From an uncultured Clostridium sp. (GTDB lineage: Bacteria > Bacillota > Clostridia > TANB77 > CAG-508): a stretch of DNA of 64,000 nucleotides. The stretch is from contig CAKNJL010000002.1 of NCBI GenBank assembly GCA_930982035.1, forward strand, positions 1,416-65,415, written 5' to 3'. The notes under the pieces were generated by a model. That model made no database searches. It was given only the letters and a program-made list of their open reading frames with translations, and was not told the DNA's origin. A program made the position numbers and the translations under genes. Positions 10,602-20,487 of the stretch are shown here, piece after piece. Position 1 is the stretch's first letter; every line of letters starts with the position of its first letter.

Positions 10602-10792
10602 TTCTATCATCCCTTCTGCCACGCAAACGTATAAAATTCACTTCGCGAAAACTTTTCTCTACATTTCTAATTTTACTATATATATTTTATTTTCTCTTTA
10701 AGCCTAAGTACTTTAATTACTTTCTATAATTTATTAAAAGTCAGAAATCAAAAGCCTTAGTTTCTTTGACTTCTGAATCTGACTTCTGATTA

Positions 10793-11296
10793 CTATTTTA
10801 ATTCTTTTCTACTATTTTGTATAGTTTTTATAGTATCTTGCAATGAAATTTCCATTAGCTTTAATGCTTCTGAAATATTTGTTTCTAGCTTTTCTAGAGT
10901 TTCTTTCATTACCTCTTCTGTATTTCCTAATAAACTATCTGCATATTCTTTTGTTCCTTTTGATATTTCTCTTGACATTTCATTTGCTGTTTCTATAATT
11001 TCTGTTTTTTGATCATATGCTTTTCTTGTAATTTCGTGTTCATCTATCATTGCTATTATTCTATTTTCTGCCTCTTTTACTATTCCGTCTGCTTCTTTTT
11101 GTGCTTCTACTAATATTCTTTGTCTTTCCTCTTTTACCCATTTTGCTTGTTTTAATTCATCTGGTAATTTTATTCTAATTTCTTTTATTAAATCTAACAT
11201 TTCATCTTTATCTACAACACTTTTGGCAGAAAAAGGTAAATTCCTACTTCTTTCTAATAAATCCTCTAAAGTTTCTAATAGTGTAAAAATTTCCAT
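10793..11296 (-). CDS. Hypothetical coiled-coil protein, possibly like an ATPase stalk subunit
   Basis: 167 aa helical E/K-rich ORF in an operon position between rsmD and ftsK. Function was not recognised. Confidence 0.5.
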   Translation of the reverse strand: MEIFTLLETLEDLLERSRNLPFSAKSVVDKDEMLDLIKEIRIKLPDELKQAKWVKEERQRILVEAQKEADGIVKEAENRIIAMIDEHEITRKAYDQKTEIIETANEMSREISKGTKEYADSLLGNTEEVMKETLEKLETNISEALKLMEISLQDTIKTIQNSRKELK

Positions 11297-11310
11297 GGTT
11301 TTGCCCCTTT

Positions 11311-11868
11311 CTAAGTCCTATATTTTTTTAAGAATATAAGATATGCTCTTCCATATTTTCTAATATCTTCAATTTCACAATTTATATTATTTATTTTTTC
11401 TATTATTCTTTGTTTATCATCTGTTTCTATTATTATAATTGAATCTTCATTTAAGCATTCTTGTTCTAATATTAGCTTTATAGCTTCAATTGCAAAGTTA
11501 GTTTCATATGGCGGATCTAAAAAAACAATATCTATTTTTTCATTTATTTTATTTTGTATAAGATTTCTAAAATCAGTATTAAATATTATTGCTTCATTTT
11601 CAAAATGTGTCTTTTCTATATTTTTTCTTATTATTTCACAAGCCTCTTTTGATTTATCACATAAGATAGCCTTCTTTGCTCCTCTACTTAGTGCTTCTAG
11701 ACCAATTGCCCCACTCCCAGAAAATAAATCTAAAAAAATGGAGTCTTGTATTCTATTTTGAATAATATTAAATAATGATTCTTTTACTCTATCTAATGTT
11801 GGTCGTGTATTTTCACCTTTTAATGTAAATAATTTTGTTCCTCTTGCTTTTCCTGATATTATTCTCAT
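11311..11868 (-). CDS. rsmD: 16S rRNA (guanine966-N2)-methyltransferase RsmD
   Basis: Motifs RIISGKARGTKL, TRPTLDRVKESLFNI, DLFSGSGAIGLEALSRGA and LDPPY. The start was moved to MRIISG. Confidence 0.88.
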   Translation of the reverse strand: MRIISGKARGTKLFTLKGENTRPTLDRVKESLFNIIQNRIQDSIFLDLFSGSGAIGLEALSRGAKKAILCDKSKEACEIIRKNIEKTHFENEAIIFNTDFRNLIQNKINEKIDIVFLDPPYETNFAIEAIKLILEQECLNEDSIIIIETDDKQRIIEKINNINCEIEDIRKYGRAYLIFLKKYRT

Positions 11869-11985
11869 ATTAAAACCTTTCTTTACTACTAACATTTTAA
11901 ACCATTTTCGTTCAAAGTCAATAGAATTAATAGAAATGTAACATACATTTAACAGTTTTGTAATATATTACCTGTTTTTATAATA

Positions 11986-12019
11986 GTGATAATTTTTTCT
12001 CCGTTCCCAAAATTATCAT
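11986..12019. repeat. Solo degenerate unit GTGATAATTTTTTCTCCGTTCCCAAAATTATCAT
   Basis: Aligns with the 35531 and 41625 units. It lies in the rsmD-divIVA intergenic gap. Confidence 0.65.
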
Positions 12020-12295
12020 TTTCAAATGGACAAATCTCGCTTCGTGAGAACTTTTTTCTACTTTTCTAATTTAACTATATACATTTAAGTTCTCAAAGAA
12101 GCGTAAAGATTTGTCGACGCGAAAAATTGCATAGCAATTTTTCTGTGCAACGTTGCTTTTTATTAAATAGGAAAAACTTGATTTTTCCTATTTAATAAAA
12201 AGACCATCTAACTTATTTAGATAGTCTTTAGTAATTAATGTTTAATTTATTTTTGCTCCAAATCTAAAATCTATTTTTTACTATTTCTTATAAGA

Positions 12296-12748
12296 TTAAT
12301 CTTCTTTGTTAACATCTTTTAATAATTCTAATTGAGATATTAAAAGTGATTCCATTTTAGCTTTGTATATATCAAATTGTTTTTTTACATCATCTAATTC
12401 TTTTGTTTTTAGTGTTATTTCATTTTCCAACTCTTCTGCCTGTTTTTTTGCTGAACCTTTTGCTTCATTTATTATTTGATCTGCTTGTTGTTTAGCTACA
12501 TTTTTAATATCTTCTGCTGTTGTTTGTGCCATAACCAAAGTATCTTGTAATGTTTTTTCAATTGTTTTATAATGCTCTAAACTTTTAGTTAATTCATCTA
12601 CTTTTGTTTTTAATTCAGTTACTTCTTTATAATTCTTACTATAGTCCAATGTTAAGTCATCTAAAAAATCATCTACTTCTTCTACATTGTATCCATTCAT
12701 CATTTGTTTAGAGAATTTTTTATTTTCTATATCTAATGGTGTAATCAT
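12296..12748 (-). CDS. divIVA: Cell-division protein DivIVA
   Basis: The N-terminus MITPLDIENKKFSKQMMNGYNVEEVDDFLD is the canonical DivIVA lipid-binding domain, and it is followed by a coiled coil. Confidence 0.9.
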   Translation of the reverse strand: MITPLDIENKKFSKQMMNGYNVEEVDDFLDDLTLDYSKNYKEVTELKTKVDELTKSLEHYKTIEKTLQDTLVMAQTTAEDIKNVAKQQADQIINEAKGSAKKQAEELENEITLKTKELDDVKKQFDIYKAKMESLLISQLELLKDVNKED

Positions 12749-12793
12749 ATTTCCTCCTTACAGAAAGGCACAAAGACCCCTTGATTTTTTTAA

Positions 12794-13279
12794 CTAATTT
12801 AATCCATTGTTTTTAAGCCATGAAACTGACAGTTTACTTTTTATTTCCTCTCTAGCCATTTCGTTTGTAATTTCATAATTTGATGGTGCTACTAAAAAGA
12901 TAGAATTAGATACTTTTTGAATATATCCATCTAATGCATATACCCCTCCACTTATAAAGTCAACAATTCTTCTTGCTACATCTTTATTTACATATTCTAA
13001 ATTTACAATAACTGATTTTCTTTCCTTTAGGAAACTACAAATTTCATCTGATTGCTCAAATGTTGTTGGTTGAGATATAACCATTTTTATTGCATTTGGT
13101 TGTCCTTGTTGCATATTTACAACTTTATTGTTATTGTTATTTCTTTTTCCAAATATTTTTTTATCTTCTTCCTCATCTTCATTTTCATAATCATAGATAT
13201 CTTCATCTTCATATTCTTCTGGTTCAGCTGAGTCCATTCCAAATAGTCCCCAAACTTTATCCATTAATGCTCCTGACAT
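12794..13279 (-). CDS. sepF: Cell-division protein SepF
   Basis: The C-terminal DUF552 core is present (VISQPTTFEQSDEICSFLKERKSVIVNLEYVNKDVARRIVDFISGGVYALDG). The gene is adjacent to divIVA. Confidence 0.88.
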   Translation of the reverse strand: MSGALMDKVWGLFGMDSAEPEEYEDEDIYDYENEDEEEDKKIFGKRNNNNNKVVNMQQGQPNAIKMVISQPTTFEQSDEICSFLKERKSVIVNLEYVNKDVARRIVDFISGGVYALDGYIQKVSNSIFLVAPSNYEITNEMAREEIKSKLSVSWLKNNGLN

Positions 13280-13494
13280 AAAAAAACCTCCTAAATTACT
13301 TCATTTGTATTCATTTGTACTAAGTATCTACTTTTTTTCCTAATATGTCAATAGTTTTTTAAAATGTAATATTATTTTAATATTTTTGTAACATAATTGT
13401 AATATTTGAATTGTAATATATCTCGACTCAAAATCATATATAATATATTTTTTCTCTTTAGTTGTGTAAAGTGGAATAGATGTACATCACCCCC

Positions 13495-14778
13495 CTATTC
13501 CACTTTACTCAAGTCGGGATTTAATACTATCTCATCATATAGTGCTATCTTTTTATATGATATTATTTCTTCACTTGTAAATCCTAATTCTTTTAATTCT
13601 TCTGTATCATATGGTTCTACAATAGAATATTTTTCTCCTTCTTTTTTTACTTTAACTAGAATTTTATTTAAATACCCAGCTCTATTTTGCACCACATATG
13701 CTAAATCATCTTGTTTTACAATGGCCTGATTAGGAATTTTTAACCCTGTTTCACTCCACCAAATTAAATCAAACGAAATTTTTCTATAACTTAATAATTC
13801 TTCAACACCTTTTTCTATTTTCAAAACTAGCACTTTTTCCTGATTTTCTTCTTGTAAAATGTAAGTTATCTCTGCTGAAACTTCTAAACCACTTGGCAAT
13901 CTTACTTTTACATTATCTCCAACTTGTGCATTTTGTGCCTGTTCTGTATTTGTTGCTACTGCAATATAACAATATGTATTATCAACAATTTTTCCACTTT
14001 CCTCACTAGTAGGTACTACTTTTCCAGTCTTTAAATCTAAATTTTCTAAATATTCTTTTGTCAAAGTAGAAAGACATTCTTCTGTTGGTTTTAACACATC
14101 TTCTAACCCATCAACTTTATATGATACTACTCCACTTTTACTAGAATTAACATACTCAGCCCCAGAATTTAGTTCATTCTCGTAATTTTTTCTTTCTTCA
14201 ATTAATTGTTTTAAATATGAACCTTGTGGACTTAAATCTCCAGCTATATTAGCTTTTTTAGTAATCAATTCATTAATTTCTTTTTTATATTCTTCTAATT
14301 TTGTTGTGTCATTAACATTACTTACTTCTAACAATTTTTGTTCTATTTGTGTTTCTATAGATTTCATATCACTTGTAAATAATTCTGTTTCGTTAGACAT
14401 TGCATCTTGTATTTTTGTATCTAGCTCTGCAATCTTTGATTTTAATGAATCTTCATTTTTTGTGTAATATCTAAATACTGCTTCATTAACAGCAACTTTC
14501 TCTCCTTCTGTCTTTATTTTTTCCATTCCATTTTTATAGTTTTGCCCTTGTATAATCGTCTCATCTCTTATTACATATCCTACGTCTGTTTCCTCTGAGT
14601 ATAATGTTCCTTCCTCTACTGTAAAAATATCTGTTGGTTGTTTGACCAATAAATATATTGTATAAGCTAGATATATTGCTATTAGTGCTATAACTATATA
14701 TATAATTATTTTTTTATTTAATTTTTTTGTTTTTTTCTCTTGTTCTTTTTCGAAAAATTCTTTTTTCTCTTCTTCCAA
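13495..14778 (-). CDS. HlyD-like membrane-fusion-type protein (N-terminal TM, coiled coil, beta-barrel)
   Basis: Assigned from architecture only: one TM helix, a long coiled coil and a C-terminal beta-rich region. No catalytic motif was seen. Confidence 0.45.
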   Translation of the reverse strand: MEEEKKEFFEKEQEKKTKKLNKKIIIYIVIALIAIYLAYTIYLLVKQPTDIFTVEEGTLYSEETDVGYVIRDETIIQGQNYKNGMEKIKTEGEKVAVNEAVFRYYTKNEDSLKSKIAELDTKIQDAMSNETELFTSDMKSIETQIEQKLLEVSNVNDTTKLEEYKKEINELITKKANIAGDLSPQGSYLKQLIEERKNYENELNSGAEYVNSSKSGVVSYKVDGLEDVLKPTEECLSTLTKEYLENLDLKTGKVVPTSEESGKIVDNTYCYIAVATNTEQAQNAQVGDNVKVRLPSGLEVSAEITYILQEENQEKVLVLKIEKGVEELLSYRKISFDLIWWSETGLKIPNQAIVKQDDLAYVVQNRAGYLNKILVKVKKEGEKYSIVEPYDTEELKELGFTSEEIISYKKIALYDEIVLNPDLSKVE

Positions 14779-14811
14779 TTATTTATCATTCCTTTCGATT
14801 GAATGTTAAAA

Positions 14812-14868
14812 ACGTGTGAGATGTGTCCCTTTTGGACATTTTTTGTCCATTTTAACACATCCCCAATG
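14812..14868. repeat. Single unit of the same GGACA/GTCCCCAAT family, overlapping the miaA stop codon
   Basis: TGTCCCTTTTGGACATTTTTTGTCCATTTTAACACATCCCCAATG aligns with the 38658-38709 copy. Confidence 0.75.
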
Positions 14869-15778
14869 ACCTAATGATAATTTCAATGTTTTTTTGTGTA
14901 CCATCTTCTGCATTTAACCATATCGTTTGTTTGTTTTTTCTAAACCATGTCAATTGTCTTTTAGCATATCTTCTAGTTTCCATTTTTATCTTTTCTATCA
15001 TTTCTTCTTTTGTATATATTCCATTAAGATAATCTACAACTTCTTTATAGCCTAATCCTTGCATTGCTGTTGGGAATTTACTGTATTTATTTAAAATGTT
15101 TTTTACTTCTTGTATTAGTCCTTGTTCAAACATAATATCTACTCTTTTATTAATTCTTTCATATAGCTTTTCTCTATCCCAGTTTAATGCAAATACTTTA
15201 TAGTCATATTCCACTTCTTTTTTTCTAGATTCAATTTCTTGTTCTGTTTTTGTTTTTCCTGTTGCATGATAAATTTCTAACACTCGTAATATTCTTTTTT
15301 TATCAGTAGGACTTATTTTTTCTATTGCTTTTACATCTATTTTCTTTGCTTTTTCATATAATGTTTCTAGTCCTTTTTCTTGAACTTCCTCTTCTAATTT
15401 TTTTCTATATTCTTCATCTAATTTTATATCTTGATATTCAATTTCATAAATCAAACTATCTATATATAGTCCTGTACCGCCTACAACAATTGGATTTTTT
15501 CCTTTTTCTATAATTTCTTTTATTGCCTTTTTTGCATCTTTTTTATAATCTGCCACACTATATCTTTTTTCTGGTGATACATATCCTATCAAATAATGTT
15601 TTATTTCTTGCATTTCCTCTAGTGTAGGCTTTGCTGTTCCTATATTCATGTCTTCATAAATTTGCATTGAATCACATGATACTATTTCTCCATTTATTTT
15701 TTTGGCTAGTTCTATTGATAAAGCTGTTTTTCCTGATGCTGTTGGTCCACATATTACTATTACTTTATTTTTCTGCAT
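14852..15778 (-). CDS. miaA: tRNA dimethylallyltransferase MiaA
   Basis: P-loop VIVICGPTASGKTALSIELAK, plus SMQIYEDMNIGTAKP and RRYAKRQLTWFR. The ATG at 15778 is preceded by GAGGTG. The last codons and the stop lie inside a repeat element. Confidence 0.92.
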   Translation of the reverse strand: MQKNKVIVICGPTASGKTALSIELAKKINGEIVSCDSMQIYEDMNIGTAKPTLEEMQEIKHYLIGYVSPEKRYSVADYKKDAKKAIKEIIEKGKNPIVVGGTGLYIDSLIYEIEYQDIKLDEEYRKKLEEEVQEKGLETLYEKAKKIDVKAIEKISPTDKKRILRVLEIYHATGKTKTEQEIESRKKEVEYDYKVFALNWDREKLYERINKRVDIMFEQGLIQEVKNILNKYSKFPTAMQGLGYKEVVDYLNGIYTKEEMIEKIKMETRRYAKRQLTWFRKNKQTIWLNAEDGTQKNIEIIIRSLGMC

Positions 15779-16205
15779 CTTGCACCTCATTATATATATT
15801 TATTATTCCTTCTTGTGTACTTTTTAGATATCCTTTTTCTGCAAATATGCATATTACAAATATTATCAAAATTATTACTATTCTTTTCTTAGCTTGGTCT
15901 TTTTCTATTTCTTCTTCAAGTATTTTGTCAAATAAGTTTGCTATAAATGGTAAAAATATTAAAGAATTTAGACCTGTAAAAATGATAAGCAATGTATTTT
16001 TTACTGTCTTTTGAATTTCTTCACTTGGATATATCACATTTGTATTAGAAAAATTATATATTAATAATGTTATTAGATAAACAATTAGTAAACCAACTAT
16101 TATGAAAATAATTTTTCTTGGTTTTTCTATATTACCTAGATTATGCCATATCCATATAATGCTGATTATAAATATCAGAACTGCTACAATTGTAATTACT
16201 GTCAT
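15765..16205 (-). CDS. Small integral membrane protein, hypothetical
   Basis: 146 aa with 3-4 predicted TM helices, sitting between mutL and miaA. Confidence 0.55.
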   Translation of the reverse strand: MTVITIVAVLIFIISIIWIWHNLGNIEKPRKIIFIIVGLLIVYLITLLIYNFSNTNVIYPSEEIQKTVKNTLLIIFTGLNSLIFLPFIANLFDKILEEEIEKDQAKKRIVIILIIFVICIFAEKGYLKSTQEGIINIYNEVQDAEK

Positions 16206-16231
16206 CTCTTTTCTCCTTCTAAACTTAATAT

Positions 16232-18832
16232 TTATTTTCTGGCAAATTTTCTTTCTATATCATATTTAGTCATTTTTATAGCTGTTGGTCTTCCATGTGG
16301 ACATGTAAATGGATTTGGCAATGATAATAATTTATCCATTAAACTTTCTACTTCTTTTTCATCTAATGCCATATTTGCTTTTACTGCTGCCTTACATGCT
16401 ACTGTCGCAATAAATTTTTCTTCTTTTTCTTGTTTTGCTGTTCTTGCCACTGTGTTTATTTCATCTAAAGTTTCTAAAAATAATTCCTTTGTATCTAAAT
16501 CAATACAAACCGTTGGTACTCCTGTTAGTTTAATTGTATTTTCTCCAAATTCTTCTAATGTGAATCCAGCTTTTTCAAACATGTCCATATTATCTTTTGC
16601 TATATCCATTTCTTTATGTGTTAATGTTATTACATCTGGTAATAAAAGCAATTGAGAATCTTTGCTTGATTCACTATAATAATTTTCTTTTACTTTTTCA
16701 TACATAATTCTTTCATGTGCTGCATGTTGGTCTATAATATACATTTCTTGTCCTATTTCTATTATTATGTATGTTTTAAATACAATTCCTATAAATTTAT
16801 ATGTTGGTTTTTGGTATTCTTCCATACCTTCAAAAACTGATACATTATCTTTTAATATATCAACATCTGTTTCTTCATCTTTTTTATCTAATGGTTCTTC
16901 TACATCTTGTATTGGTAATCTTCCAAATAGTTTTGCATACATTTCATTAAAATCATCTGAAACTACTTTAGGATTATCATTTAATTGCTCCATTTTTTCT
17001 TTAATTTCTTTAAATTCTTGTTTTATTTCTGGATTTTCTATTTGTTCAATAATTTTATCAGTCTCATCTCTTTGCTCATTATTTTTTTCTGAGTTATCCA
17101 CTGTTTGTTCACTATTTGTTGATTTTTCATTCTCTATTTTATTTACTTGATTATTATTACTTTCTTCGTTTTTATTGTTCTCACTATTTTGAGTCTCATT
17201 AGTATTTTCTTCATTTGCATCTTTTTGGATATTGTTATTTTCTTCTGAACTCACAGAAATACCTTCTATATTTTCCTGTACTTTTTGTGGTTCAATGCTA
17301 TTTTCCTGCATTTTTTCATTTTCATTAAACTCTTTTGGTTCAACATTACTATTTTCTAAATCAGATATAGAATTCTCTTTAGAATTTGCATTTACTGTAT
17401 ATTGTTCTTTTTCCTCTTCTAGTATTTCTCCTTTAGGTTCAACATTTTTTTCTTTTAATTCACTTTCCAAGTTTTTCTTCATCTCTTTTAGTTTTGCTAA
17501 TATGTCTGATGTATCAATAGGTTGTCCTATATTTAATTTTGCATCTTTGTTATTATCTCCAACATTATTTTTTGCATTATATACATCTTCTATAATATTT
17601 GAACCTGTTTTATTATTTCTCTCTTGATATACTTCTTCTATTGCATTTGTTTTTATTTTACTTTCTGCATCTGTATAATTTTCAATTTGTTTTTCATTTT
17701 GTTTTCTGAATGCAAATAGTCCTCCTGTATTTTGTCTTTCTTGTTTTTCTTCTTTTAGATTTTTTAGTCTTTCTTCAAAAGTTAACTCTCTTGAAAATTC
17801 TGTTTTTTCCTGATGTAATGTTTTTTCTGAATTTGCTACTAATTCTGTTTTTAATAAAGTATCTTTTATAGCATGATATACTGCTTGGAATATTTTATTT
17901 TCTTCTTCAAATCTTACTTCTAATTTCGCTGGATGGACATTTACATCAACTTTTGCTGGATTCATTTCTATATTTAATATTACAAATCCAAATTTTCCTA
18001 TTGGAATTAATCCTTTATATGCTTGTTCTGTTGCAGCTGTTAATGTTTTATCTTTTATATATCTTTTATTTACAAAAAATAGCTGTCTTGTTCTATTTGA
18101 ACGTGCAATCTCTGGTTTACCAACCACACCTACAATATTTATGTCTTCATATTTATATGAAACTTCCATAATTCCATTTGCAATATCTTTTCCATATATG
18201 CTATAAATTACATTTTTAATATCTCCACTTCCATTTGTTTGAATAACAGTTTTCCCTGTATTTATCAATTTTATAGCAATATTAGGATTTACTAATGCAA
18301 TTCTTGTTATTACATCTTCTACATATCCTGATTCTGTATAGTCTTTTTTTAGAAACTTATATCTTACAGGTGTATTAAAAAATAGGTTTCTTACTGTAAT
18401 TGTTGTTCCTGTTTTACATCCTGCTTCTTCTTTTTCTAAAACATTTCCAGCTTCTACAACTATTCTATATCCAATTTCTTGATCTTGTGTTTTTGATACC
18501 ATTTCTACATTAGCAATTGCTGCAATACTAGCTAATGCCTCACCTCTAAACCCCATTGATGTTACTGTGTCTAAGTCATCTGCACTTCTTATTTTACTAG
18601 TTGCATGTCTTTCAAATGCAATTTCTAAATCATCTTGGGCAATCCCTTTTCCGTTGTCACTTACTTTTATATATGATATTCCTCCATTTTTTATTTCTAC
18701 TGTTATATTAGTTGCTCCTGCGTCTATAGAGTTTTCTACCATTTCTTTTATTACTGATGCTGGTCTTTCAATAACTTCTCCAGCTGCTATTTTATTTATT
18801 GTTAATTCATCTAATAATACAATATTTCCCAT
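16232..18832 (-). CDS. mutL: DNA mismatch repair protein MutL, with an unusually long N/E/K-rich linker
   Basis: GHKL N-terminus LTINKIAAGEVIERPASVIKEMVENSIDAGA, GFRGEALASI, and C-terminal QHAAHERI and CPHGRP motifs. AAGGAGGA RBS precedes the ATG at 18832. Confidence 0.93.
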   Translation of the reverse strand: MGNIVLLDELTINKIAAGEVIERPASVIKEMVENSIDAGATNITVEIKNGGISYIKVSDNGKGIAQDDLEIAFERHATSKIRSADDLDTVTSMGFRGEALASIAAIANVEMVSKTQDQEIGYRIVVEAGNVLEKEEAGCKTGTTITVRNLFFNTPVRYKFLKKDYTESGYVEDVITRIALVNPNIAIKLINTGKTVIQTNGSGDIKNVIYSIYGKDIANGIMEVSYKYEDINIVGVVGKPEIARSNRTRQLFFVNKRYIKDKTLTAATEQAYKGLIPIGKFGFVILNIEMNPAKVDVNVHPAKLEVRFEEENKIFQAVYHAIKDTLLKTELVANSEKTLHQEKTEFSRELTFEERLKNLKEEKQERQNTGGLFAFRKQNEKQIENYTDAESKIKTNAIEEVYQERNNKTGSNIIEDVYNAKNNVGDNNKDAKLNIGQPIDTSDILAKLKEMKKNLESELKEKNVEPKGEILEEEKEQYTVNANSKENSISDLENSNVEPKEFNENEKMQENSIEPQKVQENIEGISVSSEENNNIQKDANEENTNETQNSENNKNEESNNNQVNKIENEKSTNSEQTVDNSEKNNEQRDETDKIIEQIENPEIKQEFKEIKEKMEQLNDNPKVVSDDFNEMYAKLFGRLPIQDVEEPLDKKDEETDVDILKDNVSVFEGMEEYQKPTYKFIGIVFKTYIIIEIGQEMYIIDQHAAHERIMYEKVKENYYSESSKDSQLLLLPDVITLTHKEMDIAKDNMDMFEKAGFTLEEFGENTIKLTGVPTVCIDLDTKELFLETLDEINTVARTAKQEKEEKFIATVACKAAVKANMALDEKEVESLMDKLLSLPNPFTCPHGRPTAIKMTKYDIERKFARK

Positions 18833-19034
18833 CGTTTCCTCCTTCTTGTAATCATTTACACTATTGGTCATATTATATCATTATCTCATTAAATTTGTAT
18901 AGTTTTTTGTAAAGATTTTAATAAAAAAATAGAAACCATTAGCTTGTTAATAGCAAAATGATTTCTACTGTATTAGTTAATTTTTTTATAACTAATATAC
19001 TATTTATTTTATATCTTTCCAATATTTTTGCCTT

Positions 19035-20006
19035 TTATAGAAAATTATACTTAATATTAACACAATTGTTATTATTGGTATTATAATACTTGTTAAACCG
19101 TGCTTTTGGTAGTTTTTTCGTTGCTACTGTTTTGTCATTGTTTTTATTATTATTTTGTGTTTGGTTTTTTTCTTCATTTTGTTGTCCTTGTGGATCTTGT
19201 TCTTCACTTGGCTTTTGTTCATCTTCATTTGGTTTCTGCTCTTCTTCTAAGTTTCCAGTTGATTCAACAAAATTTATTCCATTTTCTTCACAAAATTGTT
19301 TTGCATAAGAATTACTATTTCCATATATTGAAAAATTACTATTTACTTTATTAAAAACATTCTCACCAATATGTGTAACTGTATTTGGTATATATACCTC
19401 TTTCAAGTTGTTACAATTAAAAAATATCTCGTTTCCAGAAATGCTTTTTACATTATCTGTGAATGTAACTTTTTCTAGTCCAGTACAATTATAAAATATT
19501 CCATGCCATACAGTATCTGTTGGTATTATTATCTCTTTTAATGATATACATCCCTCAAATGCTAACCCTTCAATGCTAAAATTAGTATTTGGGAAATTAA
19601 TTTCTTTCAATTCAGTACAACCACTAAAGGCACTTTCTCCTATTCTTTTTATAGTATTTGGAAATGTAACATTTTTTATATCAATTCTATTTTCAAATGC
19701 TCCACTTTCAATAGTTGTAACAGGATTTCCAGCTATTATACTTGGTATATTTATTATTTGCATATTTTCATTTGATCCTATTATTGTTATTTCATTATCT
19801 ATGACTTTATAATATAAACCTGTTGAATTATCAATGTTTGTATTTGTATCTGTTGTATTATCATTGGTTCCTGTTGTGTTATTTACAGTATTTCCTTGTA
19901 TATTCCCTAAGTCTTCTACACTCGCTTTCACATAACTGTTTGTAAACATATTAAACAATATAATTAATATTATTATTGCTATTACTCTTATTTTCTTACT
20001 TTTCAT
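19035..20006 (-). CDS. Secreted BspA-type leucine-rich-repeat surface protein. The 3' end is frameshifted, and a sorting-signal-like tail is encoded in another frame at 19004-19099.
   Basis: Signal peptide MKSKKIRVIAIIILIILF. Repeated LRR units (FxxCxxLxxIxIPxxV), then a Q/E/P/N-rich spacer. Confidence 0.75.
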   Translation of the reverse strand: MKSKKIRVIAIIILIILFNMFTNSYVKASVEDLGNIQGNTVNNTTGTNDNTTDTNTNIDNSTGLYYKVIDNEITIIGSNENMQIINIPSIIAGNPVTTIESGAFENRIDIKNVTFPNTIKRIGESAFSGCTELKEINFPNTNFSIEGLAFEGCISLKEIIIPTDTVWHGIFYNCTGLEKVTFTDNVKSISGNEIFFNCNNLKEVYIPNTVTHIGENVFNKVNSNFSIYGNSNSYAKQFCEENGINFVESTGNLEEEQKPNEDEQKPSEEQDPQGQQNEEKNQTQNNNKNNDKTVATKKLPKARFNKYYNTNNNNCVNIKYNFL

Positions 20007-20129
20007 TTGATTTTCCACCTTTCTTATTTTCTACATGTCGAATTATATCACAACAAAATTAATTTGTACACATTTTTGTACATTTATTTTTAATTTATTT
20101 TTGGGTACAATGTGTAATAGGTGATATAT

Positions 20130-20306
20130 ATGAGAAAATTAAAAATTGAAAAATCTTCAAAATCAAATGATACAGTAACAAGGACAATTCGTATAAGTGG
20201 AAAAACTTTTGACAAAATCAACAAATTAGCGGAAAAAAACGAGTTGAGTTTTAATAGTGTTATAAATCAGATTATTGAATATGGTTTGTCTAATTTGGAA
20301 GAGTAA
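20130..20306 (+). CDS. Small ribbon-helix-helix (Arc/CopG-like) DNA-binding protein
   Basis: RTIRISGKTFDKINKLAEKNELSFNSVINQIIEYGL fits a beta-strand then helix-helix RHH pattern. AGGTGA RBS is present, and a hairpin with a T-run lies downstream at about 20364-20395. Confidence 0.6.
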   Translation: MRKLKIEKSSKSNDTVTRTIRISGKTFDKINKLAEKNELSFNSVINQIIEYGLSNLEE

Positions 20307-20487
20307 AAAAATAGTGATTATAAATTAAATTTTATGCTACTACTAAATCTGCTAGTATATATGTGCATTACTATGCACATACATTTTTTATCGCATCTTA
20401 AAAGCAGAAGCAAACTACAATTTACTTCTGCTTTATACTATCTAATTTTAAAATCATTCACAAATTTGCAATATTTTTAAGTATATC

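Noticed and set aside
11896-12295. The 400 bp hairpin-rich gap between rsmD and divIVA as a housekeeping RNA (6S, SRP, RNase P, tmRNA, T-box)
   Set aside because: No conserved signature of those RNAs was found (no SRP domain IV, RNase P P4, T-box or tmRNA tag motifs). The content is explained by a terminator, repeat-family units and a promoter.
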